64,000 nucleotides of DNA from Anthoceros angustus (taxonomy: Eukaryota > Plantae > Anthocerotophyta): the NCBI GenBank assembly GCA_010909165.1, contig VJWM01000226.1, positions 186,001 through 250,000 on the forward strand, written 5' to 3'. A program made the translations under genes and the position numbers. This document shows positions 62,201-64,000 of the stretch, piece by piece (positions within the stretch are counted from its first letter, which is position 1; the number at the start of each line of letters is the position of its first letter). The notes beneath the pieces were generated by a model. That model saw only the letters and a program-made list of their open reading frames with translations. It ran no database searches and had not been told where the DNA came from.

Positions 62201-62731
62201 GTGACATTTGTGTCTCGTTCATGACAGGCTCACTCGGCCGGAAATTTGTGGTTTGTTTGTCATAAGAATATCGTTCTCGATTTCTGAATGACGGTGTCTG
62301 ACGATTGGGAATTTTCCCGTTCGCGGTTCCTGTTGGCGGAATTCCTGTCCTGGCAACCACTCTCTCACTTGCAGTCGCGGTGTTCGGTCGGCGATGTTCG
62401 CAACATCCTGCGGGTAGGGTTCCGTCGAAAATGCAGCCGCACGTCCGTCTTCCCCCTCCAGCGAAAACCCAGTCGGAATGTGGGGACGCGGGCCAGGTGG
62501 CATGGGCATCCTATCTATATGGGGTTCTGGGGGGGAGGAGGGGAGTGCCACGTGGATACCCATTGGTGTCCCGGAAGTGCAGCACGTTTGTCCTTTCCAC
62601 ATTATGCTTTCGTCGTACGGTTGACGGCCCCATCGAGCAAGCACATTCAGCGTGAGGCCTCCGTGGTCAAGCGCATGCGGCGTCGCTGAATTTTCCATCT
62701 TTGGCAAGCGTTATCTGGCGTTTAATGAATA

Positions 62732-63570
62732 TCTATTTATATATACTAAAAGTGTCATGATTACTTTGGGAAACCGCAGTTTATTACCCATTACTTCAAT
62801 TGTTTAGGCAAAACAATAGGCTATCGACACATCCGTCCATCTTTTGAGCCAACAGCCGTCCCTAGCCGTGTAGTCCTATCGGATGACGCCACATGCACAT
62901 CCAGCCACCCCACTTGAATGTTCGCCAGTCGAAAAAAGCCGGTTCAGTGATCTATGCTAGACCTACACGCTGAAACACCCTCGGAGGATGCCTACACTTT
63001 CTTCTTCTTCATAGCTCCTTTGCGTGCGGGTGCGTCCTTTCGTTTCTTCGATGGGAAGCCCAAGTTCCGTTTTGCAGGGGGTTCGGGCCCATCCCACCCA
63101 TCTACAAGCCCCTCGCATCTCGATCAGGGGCCTGGTGACTCTGGGTCGGAGTTCTTTGGCGAACTGCGTTTCTGCACAATGTCGGAGGTGGATCCACCTC
63201 ACTTAAGATTTTCTTGATTTACCTTTGAGTTGCATTGCACATGGTCCTTTGCACACGGCGCTCTCCTCCTCCCCTCTCTGGTGTGTTTGCATCTGCGAAC
63301 ACACCACAGAGCACTCAATTAGACTGTCGTATGCACCAAGTTCTCTCAGGCATGGCCAGCCACAATCACTAACCGGGAACAGGGGTATGTACTTACCTGT
63401 AGGTTCTTCATCTCCATTTCCGACATGGTTCGCTTCTCCTCCTCCTCCTCCTTCGATCCTCCACGCCGGCGGATCCTCCAAACAACCCCACGCCGGCGCA
63501 TAGCAAACATGGGTCCGCGTAGCACAAACTCGTAGGCACAAAAGGCACTGAGTGCTCAAGGACAAACTAG
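62732..63570 (+). mobile_element. Candidate non-autonomous Helitron
   Basis: 5' end TCTATTTATATATACTAAAAG after an A. The 3' end has the hairpin GCACTGAGTGC (63545-63555), an 11-nt gap, then CTAG followed by T. Confidence 0.45.
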
Positions 63571-64000
63571 TAAACATATCGTGGACGTGTACAAAGTATG
63601 TACGTTATCCGTGTGACGTATATGCTTAATTTATATAAAATAGAATATGACCATATATCACAGGAAATTACCATATAGTATATGTTACCATGAACAATTC
63701 GTGTATTTTACAAAGAATGTATTCATGTATGTATTTATATATATGTGTATTCATACGAGTATCGGTGGGAACTACTAAGTAAAACTAGGTATTCCATAGG
63801 GTAATAGTAGTAAAAAGAGGAAGGTAGATGGGGAGGAGGTTCGGTACCAAGCCTGCAAAATTGTAACAAGAGACGATGTAACACTTTGGTTGTTGCAATT
63901 ATGTTGAAATTTTGCGAGGGGACACAAACCACCTCTCACTACATTGCAACATAATTGCAACAAGACTGTAACATGACTGTAACAAGGTGGGGGGGTTGGT

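Noticed and set aside
62219-62707. 162-aa ORF after the Copia truncation
   Set aside because: No recognisable domain; probably a TE or intergenic fragment.

Overview
Plant nuclear DNA, most likely from a hornwort or another U-to-C-editing lineage (inferred from DYW:KP/GRP and DYW:WW PPR types and compact genes with short introns). About 5.7-42.3 kb is a tandem array of at least nine PLS-class PPR-E1-E2-DYW:KP genes (KPAxA box, HAEKLA, CSDCH, C-terminal GRP), the class linked to organellar U-to-C RNA editing. A ~38-motif PPR with a degenerate DYW:WW tail follows at 43.5-48.0 kb. The most striking feature is an N-terminal ~57-aa module (LWQQFFxDPxxWWDNRxxKKxxxxPDFRRKGSGEVLWL...PAWV) in these editing factors, which matches the PDF ssDNA-binding motif of plant OSB proteins. 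The array shows an inversion, microhomology duplications, SS-motif hybrids and code-residue diversification. Many copies are riddled with small deletions that may partly be long-read assembly error. The flanks hold a rearranged Copia element that truncates a PL7/citrate-binding-like gene, then GCR1, CCS, a PH1-like gene, a DREB2-like AP2/ERF gene, a second Copia with a tandem LTR and a candidate Helitron.
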